In this document: in pieces, positions 63,380 to 64,000 of the stretch
Layout of the letters: the number at the start of each line of letters is the position of its first letter
How positions within the stretch are numbered: the first letter of the stretch is position 1
Origin: Selaginella moellendorffii
Lineage: Eukaryota > Plantae > Lycopodiophyta
Assembly (NCBI RefSeq): GCF_000143415.4
Contig: NW_003314263.1
Location: 3,102,041-3,166,040, forward strand
Length of the DNA stretch: 64,000 nt
Reading direction: 5' to 3'
The notes under the pieces: model-generated
Told to the model about the DNA's origin: nothing
Database searches by the model: none
Seen by the model: only the letters and a program-made list of their open reading frames with translations
Program-made: the position numbers and the translations under genes

Positions 63380-64000
63380 ATGCCAAACAAAAGCAGCAAG
63401 GTGTACAAGGAGCTCCATCTTCTCCAGAACTACCCACTGTTTTGGTCTTTGTCCTCCCAGCAGAGTACGTTTGGAAGCGTGGATGAGCTGAAATCGTACC
63501 TGAAACAGCAGCACCCGACCTGTATGAAGTGCAATCGTGGTGAGTGCAGCAACTTCGACTACTTCAACAATGACAACATTGGCCAGCCAAGGTATCGCTG
63601 CAGTCAGTGCAAGGAAAAATTCACTTATGGTGGAAAAACAAGACCAACCTACATGAAGCGGCCAAGATCAAGCAGCACTGGGGAAGTTGGCATGGCACAT
63701 GAGAAGAAGAAGCTCAAGCGCGCTCCATTTGAAGACGAGAGGAAGAAGGGTTCGCTGGTCCACGAAAGTCAAGCGAAGCAGAGTGGTCAACAGGCCGATA
63801 AAGCTGGGGCGGTGATCCAGGACATGGAAGATTTTGACATGGATGACCTGGAGGTGGCTAGAATCATGGCACTGGTCGAGGAGAATGAAGTCCCAAATGA
63901 GGAGGAACACATCCCTCTTGTGTTCCCTGAGGTGGCAGAAATTGTAGTGAGTGACGAAGAGATGACTGAAATTCTGTCGTCAAATCTCGAGGATGTGGAT
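63380..64000 (+). CDS. Divergent Dof-like zinc-finger/acidic protein (copy 4, runs off the window)
   Basis: ATG at 63380; two 6-bp in-frame deletions relative to copy 1; no stop seen before the window end. Confidence 0.7.
   Translation, partial: MPNKSSKVYKELHLLQNYPLFWSLSSQQSTFGSVDELKSYLKQQHPTCMKCNRGECSNFDYFNNDNIGQPRYRCSQCKEKFTYGGKTRPTYMKRPRSSSTGEVGMAHEKKKLKRAPFEDERKKGSLVHESQAKQSGQQADKAGAVIQDMEDFDMDDLEVARIMALVEENEVPNEEEHIPLVFPEVAEIVVSDEEMTEILSSNLEDVD

Larger units (their letters stand above)
42600..64000. repeat. Tandem array of alternating short (~5.55 kb) and long (~6.5 kb) monomers; ~12.06 kb higher-order repeat; continues past the window
   Basis: Landmark AGAACCGCAAACGTAAG occurs at 42661, 48217, 54727 and 60281. 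Dof-like ATGs occur at 45494, 51342, 57558 and 63380. Confidence 0.97.

Overview
Eukaryotic (land-plant) nuclear DNA. The very short ~45-60 bp introns, tight gene packing and gene set suggest a lycophyte such as Selaginella; this is inference only. 1-~9.0 kb holds a decayed, apparently unusual DNA-transposon-like element. It has a leftward transposase-like gene (two Tnp1/En/Spm-like beta domains plus a DUF7869-like core) and a divergent multi-exon gene with ParB-like, MTase-like, acidic and FCP1/NIF HAD-phosphatase parts. About 16 copies of a 22-bp palindrome (ATGGCRTG-N6-CAYGCCAT) are scattered through it, often inside introns. 9.1-13.7 kb is a 5'-truncated chromoviral Ty3/gypsy. 15578-22901 is a full-length chromoviral Ty3/gypsy (two LTRs, PBS, PPT, GTAGT TSD) inserted in tandem fragments of a PPR-SMR gene. 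Next come a Pin-II protease inhibitor gene with a G-box-rich promoter, a disrupted PPR-SMR gene, a truncated SHPRH-like gene, a calmodulin-like gene and a universal stress protein gene. 42.6-64 kb is a young tandem array of alternating ~5.55 and ~6.5 kb monomers (~12.06 kb dimer). It is built from fragments of F-box-associated, Crinkler-like and POLQ/TEBICHI genes around one consistently open ORF encoding a divergent Dof-like zinc finger with an acidic tail. Family assignments come from motif recognition only; no searches were run.
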